Positions 27,001 through 35,515 of a DNA stretch of 56,520 nucleotides are shown in pieces. Under the pieces are notes generated by a model. The model did no database searches, had not been told where the DNA came from, and saw nothing but the letters and a program-made list of their open reading frames with translations. The DNA lies in assembly GCA_039801485.1 (NCBI GenBank), contig JBDRUR010000001.1, positions 1 through 56,520 on the forward strand. Direction: 5' to 3'. Source of the DNA: a candidate division WOR-3 bacterium (GTDB taxonomy: Bacteria; Hydrothermota; Tepidihabitantia; Tepidihabitantales; CAIPLT01). Within the stretch, counting starts at the first letter, position 1; the number at the start of each line of letters is the position of its first letter. Made by a program: the position numbers and the translations under genes.

Positions 27001-27719
27001 CAATTATGTGGGATGATTTTCATCCAGATACAATGAATGCATCTGGCGTCTATTATTATTATGATAATACTAATCACCGTTTTATCATCGAATGGAGTCG
27101 GGTTCATCATGTTCATGGATATCGTAATCCCAATATTGCTGAATTGCAAACCTTCCAAATTTTGCTATTAAATCCTGCTTATTATCCAACGCGCACTGGT
27201 GATGGCCCGATAATTTTCCAATATCATACGGTAGTCAATGACGACTCTTTTCCAACCGATTGTCATAATTATGCCACGGTAGGTATCGAGAACTATTCAC
27301 AAGATATCGGCATTGAATATACATTTGCTAATCGCTATCCGCCGTCGGCGGCAATATTACAGAATGGACGAGCAATTAAATTCACAACCAATGCTCCGGA
27401 TACCTTTACGAGCATTATAGAAATTCCGGATATAAAAATCCAGACGCAAAATCTTAAATTCACAGCAATACCTAATCCAATGCACAACCAAACAATATTA
27501 GAGTATAATTTGCCTTTTGATGCCGAAGTGAACTTAGTAATCTATGATATTACTGGGAAAATTATCAAGGCATTGGTGAATTCACAAAAAAAACATTGGG
27601 GATATCATAAAGTGCGGTGGGATAAAAATACAATTAGGTCCGGTATCTATTTTGCATTGTTGACAATTAAACAGCACAATTTTATAATAACTAAGCAGAT
27701 AAAATTAACAATATTATAA
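24063..27719 (+). CDS. Gingipain-like (peptidase C25 family) multidomain surface protein with T9SS C-terminal sorting domain
   Basis: 1218 aa. C25 core is about aa 213-556: YLIIVADNLYNNILPLARWKNLKGWTV, EYVLLVG, DLYPDLFIGRLPA, LPIVTSFYCATGNY, LLGDPSLDMW. Then two CARDB-like modules, a ~225-aa conserved module (aa 882-1108) and a C-terminal tail AIPNPMHNQTILEYNL...VNLVIYDITGKII...SGIYFALL. TGATG overlap with the upstream gene. Confidence 0.75.
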   Translation: MIKKTHNSHLLLAKIYLVVILLSLVSLFAETMNYPLGYYTAFEIKSKTSNQIDIAVNTPVNITNDVIEKIIDEFNFVDLPYIYQSRLITVPENSDVQIMIKHYDSLIIPYNQSINLARDEFIDTLPLVFLGKAGIMRDFKVAPLNVRQYFFDKSNRNIICYNNFDIEIKFPESPTQLSNLINISNDWLSFYEKSILNFDKSAFGSLNLGLPQGYLIIVADNLYNNILPLARWKNLKGWTVTVKLKSEVGSSWTEIRNYIKQAYLTWSPKIEYVLLVGVGGSSSSNYIPAVPSYATYGDHLYSCVDGDDLYPDLFIGRLPAATTSELAVMVAKIIGYEQTPYLTDTMWFRRALMVGTSYQQNSTVPVWTALALKRNIRNLLLQHDYITVDTVFYPPTASGVGSIDTIINRGVTFVNGRGWGNREGWNYPYFKIQEVINLNNGWKLPIVTSFYCATGNYTAYPSRCFGEAWLYAGSPTNPKGAVAFYGPIYANTSTRFNNCQDLAIYWGIFKENIFNCGPAMFRGKIEMLNNFPLLCDTLALNTHVNTYNLLGDPSLDMWAGVVPTQLIVSYPSEIPVGSSTITITVTNTSSQRIANALVSLYKQNEIKQSAFTDNLGNVTFNFTTNTPDTLFVTVTKHNYIPHLGHIRVVSQPVYVGFYSYSGNTIAGQQANLMISLKNYGTTQSANNTIATLRTTDNHITMIDSIKNYGDIAPGQIVTNGPFQFAIAPNCTNNHVVNFQLIVNSGSNNWQAGFSVLVSATELAYRSHIFNDGNNNVLEPGETSNLIIKIFNYGSQNITNVLGILRATNPYAISVVDSLGYFGNINVGDTVQNSTDYFVVSASPLIGIGRKFYLQLLLRSGNYQRLIEFPIIIGQISSTSPLGPDGYGYWAYDNSDIGYSECPTYDWYEIDPNFGGSGTRISLGDDGIRTINLPFVFRYYGNNYTKISICSNGYAALDSTTVIDPYNWMIPSPLGPRNMLAIMWDDFHPDTMNASGVYYYYDNTNHRFIIEWSRVHHVHGYRNPNIAELQTFQILLLNPAYYPTRTGDGPIIFQYHTVVNDDSFPTDCHNYATVGIENYSQDIGIEYTFANRYPPSAAILQNGRAIKFTTNAPDTFTSIIEIPDIKIQTQNLKFTAIPNPMHNQTILEYNLPFDAEVNLVIYDITGKIIKALVNSQKKHWGYHKVRWDKNTIRSGIYFALLTIKQHNFIITKQIKLTIL

Positions 27720-27724
27720 CAAAA

Positions 27725-29053
27725 ATGGAGCGGATAATGATCAAAAAATATAGCGTTGTTTTATTGATGATTATAACAATTTCGTTGCTTAGCGCACACA
27801 ATTTTCACGGTGCCGCGATGGCACCGAACTCATTAAATGGCTGGGTAGTCACAATTGACACACCGATGGTTTTTTATACACCTGATGGTGGGCATAACTG
27901 GATAAATCGAAGTTTCTTAGATGCTTTATCTTATTTTGATGTCTTCGCCCTTAACTCACAAAAAGTTTGGATTGGCGGTGTGCAGGGATTTATTCATTAT
28001 AGCCCAAATCAAGGGCAAAATTGGTATGTTCAAAGAATGGGATTATCAAAATGGACGGCGCGAATTTTCTTCCTAAACGACACACTTGGTTGGGCGGCAT
28101 GTGGCAGTGCCATCATTGGAAAAACAATTCATGGAAGCGATACCATTTATCAAATGGATTTATGGGAACAAATTAACTTAACAAACCCGCCTTTTTCGGC
28201 TGACTCTTGTGATATTTATGGCATTCACTTCATTAATGAAAATATTGGCTGGTTTTGTGCCGGCCGTTATCCGGAAAATGATACCGAATACATAAAAGGG
28301 CAAGGTTATATTGCTAAAACAACCGATGGTGGTAGTAATCCATTGACTTGGCAACTTCTGCTCAGAGATACAATAAATGACTTTTTTGATATTAAGTTTA
28401 TTGATGCCTTACATGGGATAGTTGTTGGCGGTAATGACCGAACGAACGCTGGTATTGTTTTGAAAACCCAAGATGGTGGTATCACTTGGCAACCAGTAAC
28501 GGTTCCACCTGGAACCAAAATACTTCGAGCATTAGAACTGGTCGGCAATACCCATTTATGGGCAGTTGGTCGCAACGGAACAATTATAAAAAGCACTGAT
28601 GGCGGAAATACCTGGACAGCCCAAATTAGCGGAGTCGACACTACTTTGTTTGATGTTGATTTTGCTGATACCTTGAACGGCTTAATTGCCGGTAATGGTT
28701 ATGTGCTTTATACCCATAATGGGGGAACAACTTGGTACATTGCCAATGTTTATGGGATCGAAGAACCATCAGATAAAATGACAAATTTAAATCAGAATTC
28801 CCTAGTAAGAGTCAATCCAAATCCATTCTACAATCAGATAACTATCAATATTCCTACACAGAATTTGAATGATAATGTCTGTCAAATTTATGACATTATG
28901 GGTAATTTAGTAAGGACAATTAATGTGACAACGCCCTCAATAATTTGGAACGGCAAAGATATGCATAGTCGCTATGTTCCTGCTGGTGTTTATTTTATAA
29001 AAGTTGAATTTGCAAACCGCTCTTCAATCACGCCTGTCATTTTTGTTCGGTGA
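27725..29053 (+). CDS. BNR/Asp-box (Ycf48/sialidase-like) beta-propeller with T9SS C-terminal sorting domain
   Basis: Asp-boxes: TPDGGHNW, SPNQGQNW, TTDGGSNPLTW, TQDGGITW, STDGGNTW, THNGGTTW. Tail VNPNPFYNQITINI...CQIYDIMGNLV...AGVYFIKV. Start may be ATG 27737 (MIKKY). Confidence 0.7.
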   Translation: MERIMIKKYSVVLLMIITISLLSAHNFHGAAMAPNSLNGWVVTIDTPMVFYTPDGGHNWINRSFLDALSYFDVFALNSQKVWIGGVQGFIHYSPNQGQNWYVQRMGLSKWTARIFFLNDTLGWAACGSAIIGKTIHGSDTIYQMDLWEQINLTNPPFSADSCDIYGIHFINENIGWFCAGRYPENDTEYIKGQGYIAKTTDGGSNPLTWQLLLRDTINDFFDIKFIDALHGIVVGGNDRTNAGIVLKTQDGGITWQPVTVPPGTKILRALELVGNTHLWAVGRNGTIIKSTDGGNTWTAQISGVDTTLFDVDFADTLNGLIAGNGYVLYTHNGGTTWYIANVYGIEEPSDKMTNLNQNSLVRVNPNPFYNQITINIPTQNLNDNVCQIYDIMGNLVRTINVTTPSIIWNGKDMHSRYVPAGVYFIKVEFANRSSITPVIFVR

Positions 29054-29062
29054 GGAGTTCTT

Positions 29063-32000
29063 ATGGGACATAAAAATTATAAAGTCCGGAAAATTTTGTA
29101 TACCGTAATGCTTCTTTTATTTATAGGTAATTTATATGCCCGTAGCGGTGCAAAATATCTAATTATTGCTCCAGATAACTTTGTTTCGGCGTTACAACCA
29201 TTAGCTGATTGGAAAACTAAAAAGGGCGTCAAGGCAATGATTGTGCCCTTGTCGGTTACCGGGAATACTGCCAGTCAAATAAAAAACTATATCTTAAACG
29301 CCTACAATACTTGGGAAATAAGGCCGGAATATATTTTACTGGCTGGAGCAAGTTCAGTTTTACCAGCATCGGGTTCTACTGATGATTATTATGCAAATAT
29401 TGATGGTAACTATTTGATTGAACTGAGTATCGGTCGTTTCCCTGGCACAACAGTTGACCAAATCAGTAACATTGTAAATAAAACTTTGCACTATGAGCGA
29501 TATCCATATATTGATGACCCCAGCTGGTTTTTAAAAGGTATGACGATTGTCCGTGAAGATTACTCCGCATATCCGCCAACTTCCTATCCGGATACTTATT
29601 ATTGGGAAAACGCCCGATATTGTATTAATCGCTGGTTAGAAAATGGCTATGTATTAATTGATTCGTTATCAAAAAATCTTGGGCATTCTGCTACCAATAT
29701 TATCAACGGCATTAATAACGGTCGAGCATATGTTATATTTCGGGGACAATCAACGACCAATTGGTGGACACCTTTTCAAGTTGACCCAGCCAGCACTACC
29801 AATGGTTATAAATTACCGGTAATTGTATCTGGCACTTGTGCGACGATGTCACTATCTTCTTCGAATTATTTAGGGAATATGTTTATTAATGCCGGTTCGG
29901 TTGATAATCCCAAAGGTGCGGTGGGATATTTTGCGTCAACAATGACTTCCAGTGGTTCTGGTTTAGCACAACAACGGGGGACAGTTGCAGTTGGTTTTTA
30001 TCAAGCATTATTTGCCGAAGGCATTTATAAAATGGGCGACGCGGCAAAGCGTGCCAAGTTTTTACTTGACTCAATTAGACCACCGGGTTTTTCTCAGGAC
30101 CGTTATAATGAATGGAACCTGTTTGGAGACCCAGAATTAAACCTATGGACAAATGTACCTAAGCGATTGATTGTGACTTACGATTCGGTAATACCACAAT
30201 CACAAACAAACTTATTAGTTACTGTCCGAGGCGAATTTCTTCAGCCGATTGCTAATGCCTTAGTTTGCGTGCGAATGGACACGAGTGTCTATTCGACCGG
30301 TTATACTAATTCAGCAGGGCAGGTACAATTGCCAATTAATTCAAGCGTCACCGGGATAATGGATGTGACTGTCACTGCTCGTAATTGTATTCCATTTGAA
30401 GGAACTGCTAGGTTGGTCCCGGCCAATGTGCCATTTATAAACATCCAGTCAATAGTGTATAATGATTCACTTAGCAATAACGATGGTCAAATTAACCCAG
30501 GCGAGTATATTAATTTAAGAATTTTTTTAAGAAATGATGGCGGTATCAGTGCTGAAAATACAAATGCCACTTTACGCACAACCGACCCCAATATTGTAAT
30601 TATTGATAGTTTCGCTTCATATGGAACAATTGGCATTGGCCAAAGTCTTCCCTCACAAACTTATTATAAATTTTTCGTCAATCCAAATCTTCCTCATAAT
30701 TACCAACTAAACTTTTCTCTCTATATTTATGACCAACAGAACAATTATTGGCTCCGTTCTTTTTCGTTGCCCATTCATGCTGGTAAAATTACTTATTCAA
30801 CTCATTATCTTATCGATACTTTATTTAATGGTAATAACAATTCCTATTTAGGTCCCAATGAAAATGCTTTATTAAAACTAAGATTAGATAATATTGGTAG
30901 TTCGTTAAATGACGTAATCGCCATTCTACATACTGACAATCCTTATCTGATAATAACTGATTCATCAGCTAGTTTTGGTTCAATCGCTGGTGGTGGTAAT
31001 AATATAAACAACACTGATCCATTTATTATTAGTGCCTCGCCCTCTTTGCCCAAGAATTATCAGATAAATTTCAAACTTAGAATCATTGGTCATGGCGACA
31101 CTTATCTTTATACTGATTCATTAACATTTACAGTTACCACTGAACAAGGGACTACTCAAGACCCGACCGGTCCGGATCAATATGGTTATTGGGCTTATGA
31201 TAATACCGATACCTTATCCGGCCGGGCACCGATTTACAATTGGCTGGAAATTGGTCCCGGTGGTCCGGGGACATTAATTGAGGCGATAACAAATCACGAT
31301 GCAGCGGTTACGACAATGCGCTTGCCATTTACTTTCAAATATTATGGTCAGAATTATGATTCGATATCGGTTTGTTCTAATGGTTTTTTGGCAATGGGAC
31401 GGACATCGTATCGCTTTGGTAATAATACTTCAGGGATTCCTGATACCTCGGGCCCAGCAGCAATGATTGCGCCGCTGTGGTGTGATTTAGATCCGAGTCT
31501 TGCCGGTGACATTTATCAATACTATGATGCCGCCAATCATTGCTGGATTGTAGAGTTTTATCAAGTAGCTATCTACAATCAAGCAACTAACAACCAGACT
31601 TTTCAAGTGGTGCTATATGACCCGATATATTATCCAACTACAACTGGTGATGGCCAAATTGAATTCCTCTATCAAACCGTGAATCCGCCTTCATTAAATA
31701 CCGTCGGTATTGAAAATGGATTGCAAACTATCGGTATTCAGTATATGCGAGATAACATCTACCATCAGAACGCAGCAATTTTAACAAGCGGTCGGGCAAT
31801 AAAGTTCACCACGCTACCGCCGATCTCATATCAAAATCCCTGGATCGTTTTAACCAACAGTCAAATCGCCGATTCTTTAAATGGTAATAACAACCATATT
31901 CCGGAGCCGAGTGAGACAATCCAGTTGGTGATTACTTTGCGTAATAACGGTGCGGTGTCCGCGCAGAATGTTTCAGTAATCTTACAAAATCTTGATGGCG

Positions 32001-32518
32001 ACGCGATTGTTTTAGATTCGGTAAAGACTTTTGGTAATATCCCAGTTTCGGGTCAAGTTAATAATCTTAATAATCCTTTTAGTTTTCAAATAGTTGCCAA
32101 TCCGGCTGATACTATTTGTGATTTTTGTCTAATAATTACTGCACAAAACAATAATTACACCAATGTCCAATATTTTTCAATCGGGCTCTGTCATTATGCC
32201 GGGATTGAAACTAGTCCAGATAAAATCAATCTACATCACTTAGCATACAACTTACATCAAAATTTCCCTAATCCTTTCAAAACCAAAACTACTATTCGAT
32301 ATTCGTTACCACTAAAAGAATTTATCTTCTTAAAAATCTACAATATCAACGGTGAGTTGGTTCGCAACCTAATTCAAGACTACCAAGAACCAGGTAATTA
32401 TCAGATAGTTTGGGACCGAAAAGATAACAAAGGGAATGTAGTGGCTAATGGCATATATTTCTACTCACTTTCAACTACGACTCATAAAAAATTCACTCGC
32501 AAGATGCTAATTTATTAA
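29063..32518 (+). CDS. Gingipain-like (peptidase C25 family) multidomain surface protein, paralogue of 24063..27719, with T9SS C-terminal sorting domain
   Basis: 1151 aa. GAGGAG SD. C25 core starts right after the signal peptide: YLIIAPDNFVSALQPLADWKTKKGVKAMIV, EYILLAG, LSIGRFPG, LPVIVSGTCATMS, LFGDPELNLW. Then three CARDB-like modules, the shared conserved module (aa 703-917) and tail NFPNPFKTKTTIRYSL...LKIYNINGELV...NGIYFYSL. Confidence 0.75.
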   Translation: MGHKNYKVRKILYTVMLLLFIGNLYARSGAKYLIIAPDNFVSALQPLADWKTKKGVKAMIVPLSVTGNTASQIKNYILNAYNTWEIRPEYILLAGASSVLPASGSTDDYYANIDGNYLIELSIGRFPGTTVDQISNIVNKTLHYERYPYIDDPSWFLKGMTIVREDYSAYPPTSYPDTYYWENARYCINRWLENGYVLIDSLSKNLGHSATNIINGINNGRAYVIFRGQSTTNWWTPFQVDPASTTNGYKLPVIVSGTCATMSLSSSNYLGNMFINAGSVDNPKGAVGYFASTMTSSGSGLAQQRGTVAVGFYQALFAEGIYKMGDAAKRAKFLLDSIRPPGFSQDRYNEWNLFGDPELNLWTNVPKRLIVTYDSVIPQSQTNLLVTVRGEFLQPIANALVCVRMDTSVYSTGYTNSAGQVQLPINSSVTGIMDVTVTARNCIPFEGTARLVPANVPFINIQSIVYNDSLSNNDGQINPGEYINLRIFLRNDGGISAENTNATLRTTDPNIVIIDSFASYGTIGIGQSLPSQTYYKFFVNPNLPHNYQLNFSLYIYDQQNNYWLRSFSLPIHAGKITYSTHYLIDTLFNGNNNSYLGPNENALLKLRLDNIGSSLNDVIAILHTDNPYLIITDSSASFGSIAGGGNNINNTDPFIISASPSLPKNYQINFKLRIIGHGDTYLYTDSLTFTVTTEQGTTQDPTGPDQYGYWAYDNTDTLSGRAPIYNWLEIGPGGPGTLIEAITNHDAAVTTMRLPFTFKYYGQNYDSISVCSNGFLAMGRTSYRFGNNTSGIPDTSGPAAMIAPLWCDLDPSLAGDIYQYYDAANHCWIVEFYQVAIYNQATNNQTFQVVLYDPIYYPTTTGDGQIEFLYQTVNPPSLNTVGIENGLQTIGIQYMRDNIYHQNAAILTSGRAIKFTTLPPISYQNPWIVLTNSQIADSLNGNNNHIPEPSETIQLVITLRNNGAVSAQNVSVILQNLDGDAIVLDSVKTFGNIPVSGQVNNLNNPFSFQIVANPADTICDFCLIITAQNNNYTNVQYFSIGLCHYAGIETSPDKINLHHLAYNLHQNFPNPFKTKTTIRYSLPLKEFIFLKIYNINGELVRNLIQDYQEPGNYQIVWDRKDNKGNVVANGIYFYSLSTTTHKKFTRKMLIY

Positions 32519-34077
32519 TGCCCTCTAAATATCAAGCATTTATTTTCATCTCCGGTTTTATATTTCTGTTCAGTAATCTGACATTAGCTATTGACTCCCG
32601 TTATCATACCTATGGTGAAGTAATTGACGAAATGCGATTAATTTGGCTGAATCATCAAGACATCACAAAAATTTATACGATTGGTTATACCACGGGATTT
32701 AATTTGCCAATTTTAGCAATGAAAATATCAGATAATCCCGAAATTGACGAAGACGAACCGGCTATCCTATTTAATGGTATTCATCATGCGCCCGAAGTTA
32801 TTGGTCCGGAGATTTGCTTATATTTAATGGCAGATTTAGTAGCCAAATATGGAAACGATTCATTAATTACTGAGATAATTAATTCTTCAGAAATTTGGGT
32901 GGTGCCAATGGTTAACCCGGATGGTAATTATATTGTCCATGCCGGTTTTGATACCTTGTGGCGTAAGAATTGTCGGGATAATAATCAAAATGGCATATGG
33001 GATTTCGGCGACGGTGTTGATTTGAATCGTAATTACGACTTTTTATGGAGTATGGGCGGCACATCGACGCCCTCAGACCGTAATTATCGGGGGCCTTATC
33101 CTTTCTCTGAAAACGAAACCCAGGCAATTCGGGATTTAGCTTTACGAGAAAAATTTGTCTTCGATATCTGTTATCATAGTAGCAAGGAATCCTGGGAAGG
33201 CGAAGCAGTTTATTATCCCTGGCGTTGGGGGAATCCTTTCGCCCCTGACCATAATCACATTCGACCAATTGCCGAAAGTATTGCGCTAAGTATTGTTAAT
33301 GATGCCGGCACCGGTACCTATTATGCCACCTATGGTCGTGCTACCGAAGGCGGTTTGACGCGTAATTGGCTTTACTACGCAATCGGCACATTTGCATTTA
33401 CTATCGAAGTGAGTCATGGTTATTTTCCTCCAGGTTACCGCGTTGATTCCATCTGCCAAAGAAACTTACCCGGCGCTTACTATCTGTTACGAAGAATGCA
33501 CGGTAGTCAAATCACCGGGCATATTACTGATTCAATAACTGGTGAACCAATGGTTGCTGAAGTGAGAATCCTTCAGGCATACGCGCCACCAGAGACTATT
33601 GCTCCACGCACATCTGACCCGATATTTGGACGATATTTCCGAATTTTATCACCAGGAAATTACACGGTTCAAGTCATCAAACCCGGTTATGATACCGTGA
33701 CGATTCCGAATGTAAATGTTACTTTTGGTCAGCCAACAGTATTAGATATAAAAATGCAACCCAGTCGAGCAATGGAGAAGAAAAACCAAGTATTAAATAT
33801 GTCCTATGATGACTGTCAAGTGGCGTCAACAATCGGAACAAATTTCGCCAATATTGTGATTTCACTAAAAAAACAATCTGATGTCACAATCAAAATTTAT
33901 ACCAGTGATGGCCGATTAATTAAAGATTTTGCAACCCACTCCTATCAGCCGGGCAAGCATATTCTCTGGTGGCATTTTGATGACCAAAATGGTAATAAAG
34001 TTAACAATGGTATCTACTTTATAAAAATAATTACACCTTCTTTTGAGAAAATAAAGAAAATTGTTTTAATAGATTAA
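32518..34077 (+). CDS. M14-family zinc carboxypeptidase with carboxypeptidase-regulatory-like domain and T9SS C-terminal sorting domain
   Basis: GIHHAPE (HxxE zinc site), NPDG, WRKNCRD, DLNRNY, CYHSS, FTIEVS (catalytic Glu). Then GHITDSITGEPMVAEVRI (CarbopepD_reg-like). Tail VTIKIYTSDGRLI...NGIYFIKI. TAATG overlap with the upstream gene. Confidence 0.8.
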   Translation: MPSKYQAFIFISGFIFLFSNLTLAIDSRYHTYGEVIDEMRLIWLNHQDITKIYTIGYTTGFNLPILAMKISDNPEIDEDEPAILFNGIHHAPEVIGPEICLYLMADLVAKYGNDSLITEIINSSEIWVVPMVNPDGNYIVHAGFDTLWRKNCRDNNQNGIWDFGDGVDLNRNYDFLWSMGGTSTPSDRNYRGPYPFSENETQAIRDLALREKFVFDICYHSSKESWEGEAVYYPWRWGNPFAPDHNHIRPIAESIALSIVNDAGTGTYYATYGRATEGGLTRNWLYYAIGTFAFTIEVSHGYFPPGYRVDSICQRNLPGAYYLLRRMHGSQITGHITDSITGEPMVAEVRILQAYAPPETIAPRTSDPIFGRYFRILSPGNYTVQVIKPGYDTVTIPNVNVTFGQPTVLDIKMQPSRAMEKKNQVLNMSYDDCQVASTIGTNFANIVISLKKQSDVTIKIYTSDGRLIKDFATHSYQPGKHILWWHFDDQNGNKVNNGIYFIKIITPSFEKIKKIVLID

Positions 34078-34221
34078 AGTTTTAATCCCCATTATTAAAT
34101 GTGAACATAAAATTTGATGGATTATTTATCTAATTTAGATAGGTTAGCTAAAATTTCTTGATTGATACGGTAATATATCAGAGTCATTACCAATAAGTAA
34201 AATGAACCGGGACAATTGCAA

Positions 34222-34614
34222 CTACGGGTATACTTTGTTAGCATAATCTTCGAGTATTTGAAGATGGTCAAATGCAATCGGAGTTGGCAGGTTATCAATT
34301 GAAAAAACACCAATCGCTGTGGCGTCATCGCTTGCTTTTGGTTCGCCGATGCCTTTGGCGGTAAATACAACTGAAACAGTGTGCCCACGCGGGTCTCTAT
34401 CCGGTTTTGAATATACATGAAATTGTTTTAAGTCTTTTATCTCAAGTCCAGTCTCTTCTTTAATTTCTCTGATTGCTGCTTCTTCAACTGATTCTCCATA
34501 TTCGACAAAGCCACCGGGTAATGCCCAACCATAAGGGGGATTTTTCCGTCTGATTAATATTACCTTGCCGGCGATATCAATAATTACATCAACAGCTAAT
34601 TTTATTGTTTTCAT
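34222..34614 (-). CDS. NUDIX hydrolase
   Basis: Nudix box [25 protein letters not shown]. 130 aa. Start overlaps the rfbD stop by 4 nt. Confidence 0.85.
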   Translation of the reverse strand: MKTIKLAVDVIIDIAGKVILIRRKNPPYGWALPGGFVEYGESVEEAAIREIKEETGLEIKDLKQFHVYSKPDRDPRGHTVSVVFTAKGIGEPKASDDATAIGVFSIDNLPTPIAFDHLQILEDYANKVYP

Positions 34615-35462
34615 TTTTTGATTTTGAGTTCAAGTAAAAAGTCTTTTAATGCCAACTCCCAGGGACGTAAGCTGTCTTTGAAAAAGTATTGATAATTTCT
34701 ATTTTCCAGCACCGAATTTGCTGGTCGCTTGGCTAAACGACTAATTTTGTCCGAAGTAATTGGAATGATTTGGTTTATTAGATTTTCTTCTTTTATAATT
34801 GCCTGGGCAAATTTATACCACGAAGTCTCGCCCGAGTTTGTTAAGTGATAGATTCCGTAATGTTCGCTATTAGCAATTTTCAGTAATGGTTCACATAAAT
34901 CGCGGGTGTAGGTTGGACAGCCAATTTGGTCGCTAACAACCTCAATACATTCTTGTTCTTTGGCAAGATTAAGAATTGTTGTAACAAAGTTTTTGCCGTG
35001 TTTGCCAAAAAGCCAGGATGTCCGAACAATAAAATATTTCTTCAAGTGTTCTTTGATTGTTTTTTCTCCTAAAAATTTTGTCTGACCATAATAATTTATT
35101 GGGTTAGGTGTATCTGATTCAAGATAAGCCGATTCTTTGGTACCGTCAAAAACATAATCAGTGCTCATATATAAAAGTTTTGCCTTAAGTTCTTTTGCCG
35201 CGATCGCAATTGCCCAGGTACCCAGGGTGTTTACGGAATAGGCCTGCGACTTATTTTTTTCAGCTTCATCAACATCAGTAAACGCCGCGAAATGAAAAAT
35301 AAAGTCAGGTTTAGCATTAACAATCTGTTTAATTGTTTGATTAATATTAGTAATGTCCATTTCTGGTAAATCCCATTCAATCGGTACGATATTATTATAT
35401 TTTAGAAAAGTACAAAAATCGGTTCCAAGCATTCCCCGGGCGCCAATTATTGCAAATTTCAT
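34611..35462 (-). CDS. rfbD: dTDP-4-dehydrorhamnose reductase
   Basis: [13 protein letters not shown] Rossmann motif, [24 protein letters not shown], and the RmlD-like C-terminus RPANSVL. Confidence 0.8.
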   Translation of the reverse strand: MKFAIIGARGMLGTDFCTFLKYNNIVPIEWDLPEMDITNINQTIKQIVNAKPDFIFHFAAFTDVDEAEKNKSQAYSVNTLGTWAIAIAAKELKAKLLYMSTDYVFDGTKESAYLESDTPNPINYYGQTKFLGEKTIKEHLKKYFIVRTSWLFGKHGKNFVTTILNLAKEQECIEVVSDQIGCPTYTRDLCEPLLKIANSEHYGIYHLTNSGETSWYKFAQAIIKEENLINQIIPITSDKISRLAKRPANSVLENRNYQYFFKDSLRPWELALKDFLLELKIKK

Positions 35463-35515
35463 ATCCGATAATAATTTATTATGCTCGCGCTGTCAACATC
35501 AAGCTAATTGCCATT

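Noticed and set aside
28306-33268. Antisense ORFs 28306..28641(-), 29886..30074(-) and 32912..33268(-) inside the BNR, C25 and M14 genes
   Set aside because: They lie opposite ORFs with strong family motifs, have no ribosome-binding sites, and have Arg/Pro-rich composition typical of reverse frames.
34122-34418. 98-aa minus-strand ORF overlapping the NUDIX gene in another frame
   Set aside because: The 34222..34614 frame contains a canonical Nudix box and is overlap-coupled to rfbD. The alternative frame has no motif.
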